Origin: an uncultured bacterium
GTDB taxonomy: Bacteria; Desulfobacterota; Deferrimicrobia; Deferrimicrobiales; Deferrimicrobiaceae
Assembly (NCBI GenBank): GCA_963829245.1
Contig: CAWHIM010000042.1
Location: 2,703 to 66,702, forward strand
Direction of reading: 5' to 3'
DNA: 64,000 nucleotides
Under the pieces are notes generated by a model. The model was not told the origin of the DNA. It worked only from the letters and a program-made list of their open reading frames with translations, and made no database searches. The position numbers and the translations under genes are program-made. Of the stretch, positions 40,294 to 52,360 are shown piece after piece (position 1 is the first letter of the stretch; every line of letters begins with the position of its first letter).

Positions 40294-43200
40294 ATGCTAT
40301 CGAGATTCTTTCTGGACCGGCCGGTCTTCGCCTGGGTCATCGCCATCATCCTGATGGTGCTGGGCGGGCTGGCGATCTACAACCTGCCCATCTCCCAGTA
40401 TCCGCCGATCGCCCCGCCGTCCATCGCCATCGACTCCTTCTATCCCGGGCGCCTCGGCGGAGACGGTGGAAAACAGCGTGACCCAGATCATCGAGCAGAA
40501 GATGACCGGCTTCGACGACATGCTGTATCTCTCCGGCACGAGCGATTCGGCCGGCGCGTCCCGCATCGAGTTGACCTTCAAGCCGGGCACCGATCCGGAC
40601 CTGGCCTGGGCCAAGGTGCAGAACAAGCTGCAGCTCGCCATGGCCAGCCTGCCCGGAAGTGGTCCAGCGCTCCGGCGTCACGGTCAGCAAATCCACGCGG
40701 AATTACCTGATCATCGTGGGCCTGGTCTCGGAAGACGGCAGCATGGACGGCAACGACTTGCGGGACTACGCCCAATCCAACCTGGAGAAGGTCCTGGCGC
40801 GCGTCCCGGGCGTCGGCGAGGTCGTCGAATTTCGGCTCGCAGTATGCCATGCGCGTCTGGCTGAACCCCGACAAGCTCACCGATTACCACCTGACCGTGG
40901 ACGACGTGATCGCGGCGCTGCAGGCCTACAACGTGGAAGTCTCCGCCGGCCAGTTCGGCGGGGCGCCGGCGGTGAAGGGCCAGCGCCTGAACGCCTCCAT
41001 CATCGTCCAGAACCTGCTCAAGACTCCCGAGGAGTTCGCCGCCATTCCCGATTCGCACCAATCCGGACGGCTCCGTCGTGCGGATCAGGGACGTGGGACG
41101 GACGGAACTGGGGACCGAGTCCTACGATATCGAGGCCTTCTACAACGGCAAGCCCGACCGCCGGCCTGGCCATCCGGCAGGCGCCCGGCGCCAACGCGCT
41201 GGACACCGCCAATGCCGTCAAGAAGAAACTGGAGGAGATGAGCCGCTACTTCCCGCACGGGATGAAGGTCGTCTATCCCTACGACACCACGCCCTTCGTC
41301 CGGGTGGCCATCGACGAAGTGGTGAAGACCCTGTTCGAGGCGATCGTGCTGGTCTTCCTGGTGATGTGGCTGTTCATGGGCAACATCCGCGCCACGCTGA
41401 TTCCCGACCATCGCCGTGCCGGTGGTCCTCCTGGGCACCTTCGCCGTGCTGGGGCTGTTCGGGTTTTCCATCAACATGCTGACCATGTTCGCCATGGTGC
41501 TGGCCATCGGGCTGCTGGTGGACGACGCCATCGTGGTGGTGGAAAACGTGGAACGCATCATGGCCGAGGAAGGGCTTTCGCCGCGCGAGGCCACGGCCAA
41601 GTCCATGGACCAGATCACCAGCGCCCTGATCGGCATCGGCCTGGTGCTCTCGGCGGTCTTCGGCCCGATGGCGTTCTTCCCCGGCTCGACCGGCGTCATC
41701 TACCGCCAGTTCTCCGTCACCATCATCGCCTCCATGCTGCTGTCGGTGGTGGTGGCCTTGATCCTGACGCCGGTGCTGTGCGCGTCGCTCCTGCAAGCCG
41801 GTGCCCAAGGGACACGAGCCGGCCGAGAACGCCTTCTTCCTTTCTGCGCCCGTTCTTCCGCTGGTTCGACCGCGATCTTCTTCTGGATCCGAGACCGCTA
41901 CGTGGGATTGGTCGGACACTCGCTGGCCAAGGAAACTGCGCTACCTGGTCGTCTATGTTCTGCTCGTCGGCGCGGTCGGCTTCCTGTTCTTGCGGCTGCC
42001 CACGCGCCTATCTCCCGGACGAGGACCAAGGGATCCTTCTCTGCCCAGATCCTCATGCCGACCGGCACCACGCTGGAGCAGACCCAGGCGGTCGCGGACG
42101 AGGTCCAGCGCTATTTCCAGGAGGACGAAAAAGAGGCGGTCGAATCCTGCCTGACGATCTCCGGCATCGGCTTCTCCGGGACGAGCGCAGAACAACGGCA
42201 TGGTGTTCGTCAAGTTGAAGGATTGGAAGCTGCGCGATCGGCCGGATCTGAAGGCACAGGCCGTTGCCGGCCGGGCCATGGGGGCGTTTTCCAAGTATCC
42301 GCAACGCCATGGTCTTCGCCTTCCCGCCGCCCGCCGTCGTCGAGTTGGGCAACGCCCGGGGCGTCGATTTCCAGTTGATGGACCGCGGCGGCCTCGGTCA
42401 CGCGGCCCTGATGAACGCCCGCAACCAACTTCTCGGCATGGCGGCGCAGGACCCGCGGTTGGCGAACGTCCGGCCCAACGGCATGGAAGACGTGCCCGAA
42501 TACCGCGTCGACGTGGACTGGGAGAAGGCGGGCGCCCTCGGAGTGCCCATCACCTCCATCCACGACACGATCTCGGCGGCCTTCGGCAGCGCCTACGTCA
42601 ACGACTTCATCCAGGCCGGGCGCGTCAAGCGGGTGTACGTCCAGGCCGACGCCCCCTACCGCATGTTGCCGAAGGACCTGGAAAAGCTCTACGTGCGCAA
42701 CACGGCGGGCAAGATGGTGCCCTTCGCCTCGTTCGCCTCCACCCGCTGGACGACCGGTTCCCCGCGGCTGGAGCGCTTCAACGGCTTCCCGTCCATGAAC
42801 ATCTGGGGCGAGCCGGCGCCGGGCAAAAGTTCCGGCGAGGCCATGCAGGCCATGGAAGAGATCGTCGCGAAGCTGCCCCAGGGGATCGGCTACGACTGGA
42901 CCGGGCTTTCCTACCAGGAGCGGATGGCGACGGCCCAGGGACCGATCCTCTACGCCTTCTCCATCCTGGTGATCTTCCTCTGCGTGGCGGCGCTTGTACG
43001 AAAGCTGGACCATCCCCTTCGTCAACCTGTTGATGTTGCCGCTGGGGGTGTTCGGCGCCGTGCTGGCGACCACCTCGCTGCGGGATCTGCCCAACGACGT
43101 CTATTTCCAGATCGGATTCCTCACGACGCTGGGGCTTTCGACCAAGAACGCCATCCTGATCATCCAGTTCATCAAGGAACAGCTGCGGCAAGGGATGGGA

Positions 43201-43491
43201 CTGATCGAGGCCACCCTCGCGGCCGTGAAGATCCGGTTCCGCCCGGTCATCATGACCTCGCTGGCCTTCTTCTTCGGCACGCTGCCGCTGGCCATCGCCA
43301 CCGGCGCCGGCGCCGGCGCCATGAACGCCATCGGCACCGCCGTCACCGGCGGGATGCTCTCGGCCACGTTCATCGACCTGATCTTCATCCCGTTGTTCTT
43401 CGTCGTCATCTCCCGGCTGTTCGAGAAAAAGCGGCCCCGGCTCGTTCCCGCGCCATCTTCCCCTTCCACCGACGCCCCGGAGGTGAGCTGA
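40294..43491 (+). CDS. RND multidrug efflux permease (AcrB/MexB-like, HAE1), many frameshifts
   Basis: AcrB-like blocks throughout ([18 protein letters not shown].., ..[21 protein letters not shown].., C-terminal ..ISRLFEKK), fragmented into >=8 ORF pieces. Confidence 0.75.
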
Positions 43492-43493
43492 AC

Positions 43494-44924
43494 ATGAAAA
43501 GGATGAAGACGGTCCTGTGCCTTCCTCTGGGAGTGTTCCTTTGCCTGAGCGGTTGCTCCATGGCCCCGAAGTATACGAGGCCCGAAGCCCCGGTCCCCGC
43601 CGCCTGGCCGAGCGGTTCCGCATACGATAACGCACAGGCTTCGCCCGGCGCGCCGCCGGCGGCCGAGCTCACGTGGCGGGAATTCTTTACCGATGAACGG
43701 CTTCGGCGGATCATCGAGACGGCGTTGAACAACAACCGGGACCTTCGGGTCGCCGCCCTGAATATCGAAAGAGCGCGCGCGTTGTACGGCATCCAGCGGG
43801 CCGAGCTTCTTCCGACGGTCGATGCGGCCGGCAGCGGAGGCAAACAGCATGTGCCCGCCGATCTTTCGACCACCGGGGAAGCGGCGACGTTCAGCCAATA
43901 TGGCGTCAACCTTGGGGTCGCTTCCTGGGAGATCGACTTCTTCGGCCGCATCCGGAGCCTGAAAGATGCCGCGCTGCAGGAGTACCTCGCCACCGAGCAG
44001 GCCCGCAGCAGCGCGCAGATCCTTCTGGTGTCCGAAATCGCCAACGCGTATCTGACCTTTGCCGCGGACCGGGAAACCCTCAAGCTGGCCCGATCCACCC
44101 TGGATGCGCAACGGTCCTCCTTCGACATGATCCGGAGGCGTTACGACGTCGGGCTTTCGACCGAACTGGATCTTCGCCAGGCGCAGACGAGAGTGGATGC
44201 GGCCCGGGTGGATGTGGCCGTCTACTCCCGATCGGCGGCTCAGGACGAAAACGCCTTGACCCTTCTGGTCGGATCGAAGGTGCCGGCCGGGCTGCTGCCG
44301 GACGACTTGAGCCTCGTACGACCTGTCCGGGAGATTTCCCCCGGAATGTCGTCCGAGGTGCTCCTTCTTCGCCCCGACATCCTGCAGGCGGAAAATCTGC
44401 TCAAGGCCGCCAACGCCAACATCGGCGCGGCCCGCGCGGCCCTCTTCCCCCGCATTTCACTGACGGCGGCGGCCGGAACCGCCAGCAGCGAGCTGTCGGG
44501 GCTGTTCAAGCCCGGTTCGGGCGCCTGGAACTACTCGTCGCAGATCGTTTTACCGGTTTTCGACGCCCGCGCATGGTCGGCGCTGCAGGCGATCAAGGTG
44601 GAAAGGGAAATCGCCCTGGCCCAGTACGAGAAGGCCATCCAGACGGCTTTCAGGGAAGTTGCCGATTCCCTTGCGGTGCGGGGCACGGTGGACGAACAGC
44701 TGGCGGCGCAAACCTCTTTTACCGATGCCGTCGAGGAAACGTACCGTCTCTCGAATGCGCGGTACATGAAGGGAATCGACAGCTTCCTTGGCGTCCTTGA
44801 TGCGCAACGCACCCTCTATGCGGCGCAGCAGGGGCTGATCGCCGTCCGCCTGACGAAGTTCGCCAACCAGGTGAGGCTGTACGCGATATTGGGCGGAGGC
44901 GGCGGCCAGGCCGTGCCGCGATGA
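43494..44924 (+). CDS. RND efflux outer-membrane lipoprotein (NodT/OprM family)
   Basis: Lipobox LSGCS, two OEP repeats, intact 476 aa. Confidence 0.85.
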   Translation: MKRMKTVLCLPLGVFLCLSGCSMAPKYTRPEAPVPAAWPSGSAYDNAQASPGAPPAAELTWREFFTDERLRRIIETALNNNRDLRVAALNIERARALYGIQRAELLPTVDAAGSGGKQHVPADLSTTGEAATFSQYGVNLGVASWEIDFFGRIRSLKDAALQEYLATEQARSSAQILLVSEIANAYLTFAADRETLKLARSTLDAQRSSFDMIRRRYDVGLSTELDLRQAQTRVDAARVDVAVYSRSAAQDENALTLLVGSKVPAGLLPDDLSLVRPVREISPGMSSEVLLLRPDILQAENLLKAANANIGAARAALFPRISLTAAAGTASSELSGLFKPGSGAWNYSSQIVLPVFDARAWSALQAIKVEREIALAQYEKAIQTAFREVADSLAVRGTVDEQLAAQTSFTDAVEETYRLSNARYMKGIDSFLGVLDAQRTLYAAQQGLIAVRLTKFANQVRLYAILGGGGGQAVPR

Positions 44925-44936
44925 CCTTTCCGGGAT

Positions 44937-46238
44937 TTACATGTCGAATCCGTCGTTGCCCCGGCCGGTTTCCGGCACCGAGGTCTCGACGCTCAGGAGC
45001 TTCGGCCCCTGCTTGATCCGGAACTTGCCGCCGACCGTCTCCCAGATCCAGCCGGAGTAGCCGTAGCCTCCCACCGCTCTCGTCACGAAGGCGCCCCGCC
45101 AGGACTCGCCGCGGGTCTGGTTCAGGGCGATCGTGCCGAACTTCCCGAAGGTGTAGGCCGGCACCGGGTGGCAGTACGGCTTGCCCGCAAGCTCCCCGGC
45201 CGCCTCTTCCGCCTCCTTTCCCCCGAAAATGGCGGCACGTAACCCGTACTTGTGGTCCTTCGCGCGCCGGACGACTTCCTCCTTCGTGTCGAAGGGCGTG
45301 GTGAATGCCACGGGGCCGAAGACCTCCTCTCGCATTCCGAGCATGTCATCCGTTGCGTCCCGGACGATCGTGGGGTAGATCAGGTTTCCCATGATCGTCC
45401 CGCCGCAGACGACCTTCGCCCCCATCTCGGCCGCCTCCTTGAGCTGCTCCCGGATCCGGGCCACCGCGAGCATGCTCGCCACGGGGGAGATGTCGGACCG
45501 GACGTCCTCCGGGGTCCCGACCACAAGCTTGCGGACCCGCTCCTCGAATCGCGCGAGAAACTCGTCGTAGATCGAGCGGTGGACGAGAATCCGCTTGGGG
45601 GCGATGCACGTCTGGCCGGAATAGGCGAACTTCGAGGCCACGAGATCTTTCATGGCGAGTTCGAGATCCGCGTCGGGGAAAACGATGAAGGGGTCCTGCC
45701 CGGGCCCTTCAAAGACCAGTTTCTTCCCCGCCCAAGCGGAAGGCCTTCTCGTACGGGAGGATGTTGTCGTCCGAGCCGAAGGCCACCAGGGCAGAGACAT
45801 CGGGATCCTTCAACGAGCGCTTCCATGAACGCTCTTTCCTCCCTCCCGGGTGAAGCGGATGTCGTCGCCGAAAATCGGTTTGTAGATGGACTCGGTGAGG
45901 ACGGAAAGGCCGGATCCTTTCGAGGAGAACTTCACGTTCACGCGGTTTCCCACCATATAGAGGGAGGTGATCGCGGTGTTGAGCCATGAACTGCCGTTGT
46001 AGGAGAGCATGAGGGAAACGAAGGAACCCTCTCCCCCGAGGGGCCGCCTTCCTTCCAGGATCGGCCTTGCCTCGGCGAACATCTTGAGCCGGTCGATCGA
46101 GATGTTGACCTCCGCTTCGCTGTCCTTGACGGTGAATTTGAGGTCGCGGACCGCCTCCCGGACGATCCGCATCCGGTGTTTTCCAAGGCTCTCCGCAAGG
46201 TCCAGCAACTTCCGGTACCGCTCGTCGTACGGTGTCAT
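44937..46238 (-). CDS. aldehyde dehydrogenase family protein (frameshift near 45800)
   Basis: Catalytic Cys context YSGQTCIAPKRILV, Rossmann GxGxxG; AGGGAG RBS. Confidence 0.6.
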
Positions 46239-47684
46239 GAGTGTCTCCCTTCGCTTCGCGCCGCTGTGAGAACCGTTCCCGCCGAAGCCAACAGGCCGGC
46301 CGCGATGAACCCGAGATGGATCGCTTTGAAGACCCGTTCCGGGGGGATCCCGTGAGCGGACCGACCTCCGGCGACGCTGGCGAGGATCGCTCCCGCCAGG
46401 CTGACGCCCGTGGCCATCCCCAGCAGTCGCGACGTGGCGAGGACTCCCGAAGCGATGCCCTTCCGTCCCGGCGGCGCCGCCCCGAGCATCGCGGTATTGT
46501 TGGGCGTGACGAAGATCGCCATCCCCACTCCCGTCACCACCAGGGCGATCACCGTGAGATGGAGAGGGGACTCCCCGTTCATGGCGGAAAGGATGAAAAG
46601 TCCCACCGCCAGAATCGCCATGCCCATCGTGGCGGGACCACGGGAGCCGACGCGATCCGCGATCCTCCCGCTGATGGGAGCCATCACGACCATGGAAAGA
46701 AACTGTGCCGTCATGAAGATGCCCGCCTTCGCCGCCGAAAAGCCTCGTCCCTGGATGAGGTAAAAGGGGACCAGGAAGAGCACGCTTGCCATGCAGATGT
46801 AATTCACCAGGGCGCTCCCCACCGAAAAGGAGAAAAGGCGATCCCCGAAGAGGGCCAGGTGCAGCATGGGATGTTTCACGGTTTTTTCCTGCCGCAGGAA
46901 CAGGAATGCAAGAGCGGCGCTCCCGGCGAAGACGCCGAGGGTCGGCTCCGAGATCCACCCCCAGTCGTTCCCGCGACTCAATGCGACCTGCAACGCGAGA
47001 AATGCCGCGAGGAAAAGCAGGGCCCCGACCCAATCGAACGTCTCTTCCCGCGGCCGCAAGTCTTTCTCTTCGGGGATGTGCAGGAGCCCGATCGCGAAGG
47101 CAGCCACGCCGACGGGAACGTTCATGAAGAAGATCGTTCGCCATCCCCATTGGTCCGTGAGCCACCCGCCCAGGGAAGGACCCAGGGCGAGTCCGATGGA
47201 TGTCATGGCGGCCTGGAGTCCCAGCGCCTGCCCGATCCGCGAAGGGTGCACGCTTCCGATGAGGATGGCGGGCGCGTTGGAGACCACGATGGCGGCCCCG
47301 ATGCCCTGGAGGACGCGGGCGGCGATCAGCATCTCCACCGAAGGGGAGATCCCGCACAAGACGGACGCCGGGACAAAGACCACGAGCCCGGCAAGATAAA
47401 AGCGCTTATGTCCCCGGAGGTCCCCCAGACGCCCGAACGTGAGAAGCAGCGATCCCATGACCAGCAGGTAGGATCGTCGACACCCACTGGATCACCTCGA
47501 CGGGGACACGGTACCCCGCCTGGATCACGGGAAGCACGGTGTTGACCACGCTTGCGTCGAGGGCGGACATGAAGGTCCCGAGACCCACGGACAGAAGCAC
47601 CCGGATGCCGACGGCATCCGGGCCGCTATTCCGCGGCGGGTCGATTCCCCGCCGCCGTCGGCTCCATGTCTCCCGCCGGCTCAT
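46235..47684 (-). CDS. MFS transporter (frameshift near 47450)
   Basis: 12-14 TM MFS pattern; N-terminal 90 aa in another frame; ATGA overlap with marR. Confidence 0.65.
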
Positions 47685-48112
47685 GCGAGCGCCTTGCGAA
47701 GCTTGGTGAGGATCTTCAACAGGATCTCCTTCTCCAGGTCCGTCAGGGGCGAGAAGTACTTCGAAATCCTTTTTATGTGCTTCGCAAGCCTCGGCTCGAC
47801 GAACTCCTTTCCCCCTTCGGTCAGGATCACGAGCTGGCAACGCCGGTCTTTTCGGTCCCCTTCCCTCCGCAGGAGACCCTGTTTCTCCATCTTCGAGAGC
47901 ATCAGGGATACGCTTCCCTTGGTGGTGAGGAGCCGTTTATTGAGTTCCGCCTGGGTGAGGGGCCGGTCGGAGAGGAAGAGCTGTGTCAACGTATCGAATT
48001 CGGACTGTTTCAGGCCATATTCCCGAAAGAGCTCCGGAGGGTCGATCTCCCTGAAAAGAATTAGGATATTAGCCCATATCCACGCTTCAACCGCCAGTTC
48101 CCTTGTCGCCAT
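47681..48112 (-). CDS. MarR-family transcriptional regulator
   Basis: wHTH ..LTQAELNKRLLTTKGSVSLMLSKMEKQGLLRREGDRKDRR.. Confidence 0.8.
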   Translation of the reverse strand: MATRELAVEAWIWANILILFREIDPPELFREYGLKQSEFDTLTQLFLSDRPLTQAELNKRLLTTKGSVSLMLSKMEKQGLLRREGDRKDRRCQLVILTEGGKEFVEPRLAKHIKRISKYFSPLTDLEKEILLKILTKLRKALA

Positions 48113-48174
48113 AATCGTTTAAATATAAACAATAAGTTCCCCCTCGTCAAGGAAATCTTAACCCGGCTCCGCCG

Positions 48175-49344
48175 TCAGCGCTCTCCCCCGGCCTTCCAGG
48201 GCAGCGGGAGGAGCAGGGCGAGCAGGAGGCCGATCGCGGGGAGGACGTTGATCAGGTTCATTGCGGCCGGGACGCCGTACCGGTCGGCGACCGCCCCGAT
48301 CAGGGTGACGCCGACCCCGCCCGTGCCGATGGCGAACCCGGCGATGGCGCCCGAGGCCGTGGCCATCCGCTTCGGGAACAGTTCCTGGGCCATCACGATC
48401 GTGATCGAGAAGGTCGAGACGATCGTCCCGCCCAGGAGCGCGGCCGATGCGAAGACCATCCATCCCGACGATCGCAGGAACAGGAAGATCAGGGGAATCT
48501 GCAGGGCGACGGAGAAAAAGAGGAGCCGCCGGTGCCCGAACCGGTCCGCCAGCGGCCCCCCGATCACCGTGCCCACGGTGCCCGCCCCGAGGAAGAAGAA
48601 GAGGAGGGTCGCCACGAAGGCCGGGTCGCTCTCCAACTGCGCCTGGTAGAGGAAGGGGATGTAGGTGGCAAGCCCCAGCTGCGTCCAGGAACGCAGCACG
48701 ACGATCAGGATGATGAGCGACACGGCGTAGACGGGATGCTCCACGCCGCTCATCGCGCTCTTCCGCGGAGCGGAGGATGCCGATTCGATCCGTCTCCGGA
48801 TGGTGGGCATGGCGGGGAGGAGCAGGAGCGCGGCGACGCCGGCCGGCAGGAGGAGAACGGACGCCCCCGGGAGCCCGTACCTGGAGACGAGGAAGATCGC
48901 CGCCGGTGAGCCGATGGCGAACCCGAGGTTCCCACCCACGGAGAAGAAGGACATCCCCGTCGCGCGCCGCTCCGACGCGATGCAGGCGGTCGCCTTGAAC
49001 CCCTCCGGGTGGAACGCCGCGGTGCCCAGTCCCGTGATCGTGACGATCGCCATCAGCCAGCCGAAGGACGGGGAGTACGGAAGCAGCGCGATCCCGACGC
49101 CGGAGATCGCGCACCCCAGCGGCAGCAGGATCGGGAAGGGGCGCCGGTCCGTGACGTAGCCGAACAGCGGCTGGATCACGGACGAGGTGAGGTACGCCAC
49201 CATGAGAAGCGTTCCCGCGGCGGCGTACGACAGGTCGAACCGCTCCTTGAGGAACGGGAGCAGCGCCGGCAGTGCCCCCTGCGCGATGTCATTGCACATG
49301 TGCGCGAAGGAAAGGAGGAAGAGCAGGACGGCGGAGGAGTTCAC
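48175..49344 (-). CDS. MFS transporter (Fsr/fosmidomycin-resistance-like), GTG start overlapping the epmA stop
   Basis: ..LLFLLSFAHMCNDIAQGALPALLPFLK.. typical Fsr-family N-terminus; 12 TM. Confidence 0.6.
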   Translation of the reverse strand: MNSSAVLLFLLSFAHMCNDIAQGALPALLPFLKERFDLSYAAAGTLLMVAYLTSSVIQPLFGYVTDRRPFPILLPLGCAISGVGIALLPYSPSFGWLMAIVTITGLGTAAFHPEGFKATACIASERRATGMSFFSVGGNLGFAIGSPAAIFLVSRYGLPGASVLLLPAGVAALLLLPAMPTIRRRIESASSAPRKSAMSGVEHPVYAVSLIILIVVLRSWTQLGLATYIPFLYQAQLESDPAFVATLLFFFLGAGTVGTVIGGPLADRFGHRRLLFFSVALQIPLIFLFLRSSGWMVFASAALLGGTIVSTFSITIVMAQELFPKRMATASGAIAGFAIGTGGVGVTLIGAVADRYGVPAAMNLINVLPAIGLLLALLLPLPWKAGGER

Positions 49345-50357
49345 CGGTACATCCCGTCCGCGATGTCGGTCTTCCCCAGCAGGAGCATGACGAGCCGGTC
49401 GACCCCAAGCGCGGCACCCGCGCAGGGGGGGAGGCCGCGGCGCAGCGCGTCGAGAAACCCCGGGTCCACGGGAAGCGTCTCTCCGGTCGATCGCCGGTGA
49501 TGTTCGGCCAGCGCAAGCAGGCGGGCCTCCTGCTCCGCGGGGTCGGTCAACTCCTCGTACCCGTTGACCAGCTCGACGCCGGCCACGAACCCCTCGAACC
49601 GCTCCGACACCTCGAGGCGTCCGGGGCGGCGGCGCGCCATCGCCCCGAGGGCCGCGGGGTAGCCCGTGAGGAAACAGGCGCCGCGTTCGACGAGCGCAGG
49701 CTCCACCACGTCGAGGCAGGCCCGGTGGAAGAGGTCCTCCCACGATTCGTCCGCTCCCGGACGCAACCCCCTGCGGTCGAGCGCGTCGCGCAACTCCTTC
49801 TCCGCCGTCATCCCGACACCGAGGAGATCCCGGAACGCGTCGTCGAGTTCCCACCGGGGCCACGGCCCGTCGACCGGGATCTTCCTCCCGCCGCCGTGAA
49901 CGACCGTCCCGAAGGCGTTCGCTCGGGCCAGCGTCCGGAGCAACTCCTCGACGTCCCGCATCACGGCGTTTGCGTCACCGCCCACCCGGTACCATTCGAG
50001 CATCGTGAACTCGGGGGAGTGGAGGGGCGACCCTTCGCGATCCCGGAACACCTTCCCGAGAAAGAAGATGTCGCCCGATCCGGCGGCGAGAAGCTTTTTC
50101 ATCGCGAGTTCGGGAGAGGTGTGCAGGTAGAACAGCGCCCCCTTGCCGGAGGCGTCGGCGATCCTCACCGGGAAGATGTTCGGGTCGATGTTCGGGTACG
50201 CCTGCGCGATCGGCGGGTCCACCTCGAGGAACCCACGGTCCAGGAAGAATGCCCGGATCGCCTCGAGGACCCGGGACCGCGCCCGAAACGCCTCCCACGA
50301 CAGTTCACCGCTCACGAGCCGGCGCCACGTCTCCCGTTCTGTTCCTTCCCGAGGCAT
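49341..50357 (-). CDS. epmA: elongation factor P--(R)-beta-lysine ligase (EpmA/PoxA)
   Basis: Truncated class II LysRS-like catalytic core, motifs 1-3 (..FRDREGSPLHSPEFTMLEWY.., ..GAALGVDRLVMLL..). Confidence 0.8.
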   Translation of the reverse strand: MPREGTERETWRRLVSGELSWEAFRARSRVLEAIRAFFLDRGFLEVDPPIAQAYPNIDPNIFPVRIADASGKGALFYLHTSPELAMKKLLAAGSGDIFFLGKVFRDREGSPLHSPEFTMLEWYRVGGDANAVMRDVEELLRTLARANAFGTVVHGGGRKIPVDGPWPRWELDDAFRDLLGVGMTAEKELRDALDRRGLRPGADESWEDLFHRACLDVVEPALVERGACFLTGYPAALGAMARRRPGRLEVSERFEGFVAGVELVNGYEELTDPAEQEARLLALAEHHRRSTGETLPVDPGFLDALRRGLPPCAGAALGVDRLVMLLLGKTDIADGMYR

Positions 50358-50644
50358 CCGTACTGTTTACCCCTGTTCCTCCCCGGCGTAAAGCCTCATA
50401 AACGGTTACGGCAAGAGACCTCCGGGGGGGACCGTTGCACAGGTCGAGCCCTCCCCGAACTGCAGATCCCGGTCGATCTCCTGATTCTGCCGCATCGTGC
50501 GGATCCGTGAGCGGACGCACCCCCCGAAATGGTATAAGTGGTAGTGGGTGAAGTATCGGAGGGCGGGATGAGTCGCACGGCGGAAAAGATCGCGCATCTC
50601 CGGATGACCACGGTCGGGCATAAGGAAGGGATCGAGAGGGGGAA

Positions 50645-52038
50645 ATGAGCCGCCTCCCCGGAGACGACGCGAAGGGCGGAGACGCCCATCCCGTCCTGCG
50701 GTACGATGGACGCCGATTGGCGCATGCCCGCCATCTCCCCGTGCGGGAGGTCCCCGTCGCCCTCGCGGTAAACGGCGTTGCCCTCGTGACGCTGATCGCC
50801 TCGCCCCACGACCTGCATTTCCTGGTGGCCGGTTTTCTCCGGATGCAGGGGTTGGTCCAATCCGCCGGCGACCTCCTTACTTTGAGCGTGTGCGACGATT
50901 TCGGATCGGCCTCGGTGCGGATCCGGGGGGAAGTGCCGGACCGCATCACGCCGACCTTCACCTCGGGGTGCGGCGCCGGGATCAGCTTCCACGTTCCCGC
51001 ATCCGGGGGGCGCCAGGTCCAGCTCCCCTCCACGGGGCCGTTCCTTTCCCCGGAATCGCTTTTTTCCGCGATGGACGCGCTGGCGCGGGCGTCCGAGGCG
51101 TACCGCGGGAGCGGAGGAATCCACTCCGCCGGCGCATGGGACGGCGAGCGCCTCCTCCTTTTTTCCGAGGATATCGGGCGGCACAACACGATCGACCGGA
51201 TCGCGGGGCAGGCGCTCCTGGGAGGGATCGACCTCTCGGGCAGGATCCTCGTCGCCTCGGGGCGCATTTCTTCCGAGATGGCGGCGAAGGCGGGTTCCCT
51301 CGGGATCTCCGTGATCGCTTCCCGCACCTCTCCCACCGACCTCGCCGTCAGGATCTGCGGGGAGCTGGGGATCACCCTCGTCGGGTACGTGCGAGGCCGC
51401 AGGTTCAACGTCTACACCCATCCGACGCGGATCGCCGCCGCGGTCGAGGAGAGGATCCCCGGGGTCACTGGGGTAATCCTCGCGGGGGGGGGCTCCGGCC
51501 GGATGGGAAGCGACAAGGCGCTCCTGCCGTACCATGGCGGGCGGTTCATCGAGGCGATCCACCGATGCATGGAGGAGCTGTTCGACGAGGTGATCGTCGC
51601 CACCGGGGAAACGTCCCGGTACGATTTCCTCCCGTGCCGCCGGGTGACGGACCTCTACCCCGGGATGGGCGCGTTGGGGGGATCCACGCGGCGTTGCGGG
51701 CGAGCGCTTCGGAGAAGGTCTTCGTCGTGGCGTGCGACATGCCGCACTTCTCGCCGGATCTCATCCGGCACCTGTGCTCCCTGGCGGAGGAGGTGGACGT
51801 GGTGGTTCCCGAGGGGGAAGGGGGGCTGGAGCCGCTACACGCCGTGTACCGGAAGCGCGTCCTTCCCGCCGTGGAAGATGCGCTGCGGGACGGGCAGTGC
51901 CGCGTGGTCTCCTTCTTCGACCGGGTGCGGATCCGCCGCGTTCCACTCGCGGAGGTGGAGCGGTTCGACCCCGACCGGTGCGCCTTCCGGAACATCAACA
52001 CCCCAGAGGAGTATTTCCGCTTTCGCGACGGGGAGTAA
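50645..52038 (+). CDS. FdhD sulfurtransferase fused to MobA molybdenum-cofactor guanylyltransferase (frameshift near 51680)
   Basis: FdhD core with catalytic Cys region ..FTSGCGAGISF.. continues without a stop into MobA (..GVILAGGGSGRMGSDKALL.., ..VVACDMPHF..). Confidence 0.7.
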
Positions 52039-52055
52039 CCGACAGGGAGGGAATA

Positions 52056-52342
52056 TGGAAGGACCGAAGAAGCCGATGGAGATCCAGGTAACGTTCCCGG
52101 ACCACCTCAAGGGCGGCGCCTACTCCAACAACATGACCGTGACCCACACCCGCGAGGAGTTCGTACTGGATTTCCTGATGGTCGCGCCCCCCGCAGGCTC
52201 CGTCACCGCGAGGGTCATCCTCTCTCCCGGCCACGCCAAACGGGTCCTCGCGGCGCTTTCGGAAAATATCAGGAAATACGAGGAGGCGAACGGAACGATA
52301 TTGACGGCCGAGGAGCCGCAGGGGAATATCGGCTACAATTGA
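52056..52342 (+). CDS. DUF3467-like small protein
   Basis: 95 aa; GGGAGGG RBS; ..YSNNMTVTHTREEFVLDFLMVAPP.. Confidence 0.5.
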
Positions 52343-52360
52343 GGGGGAACGTGCCCCCGG

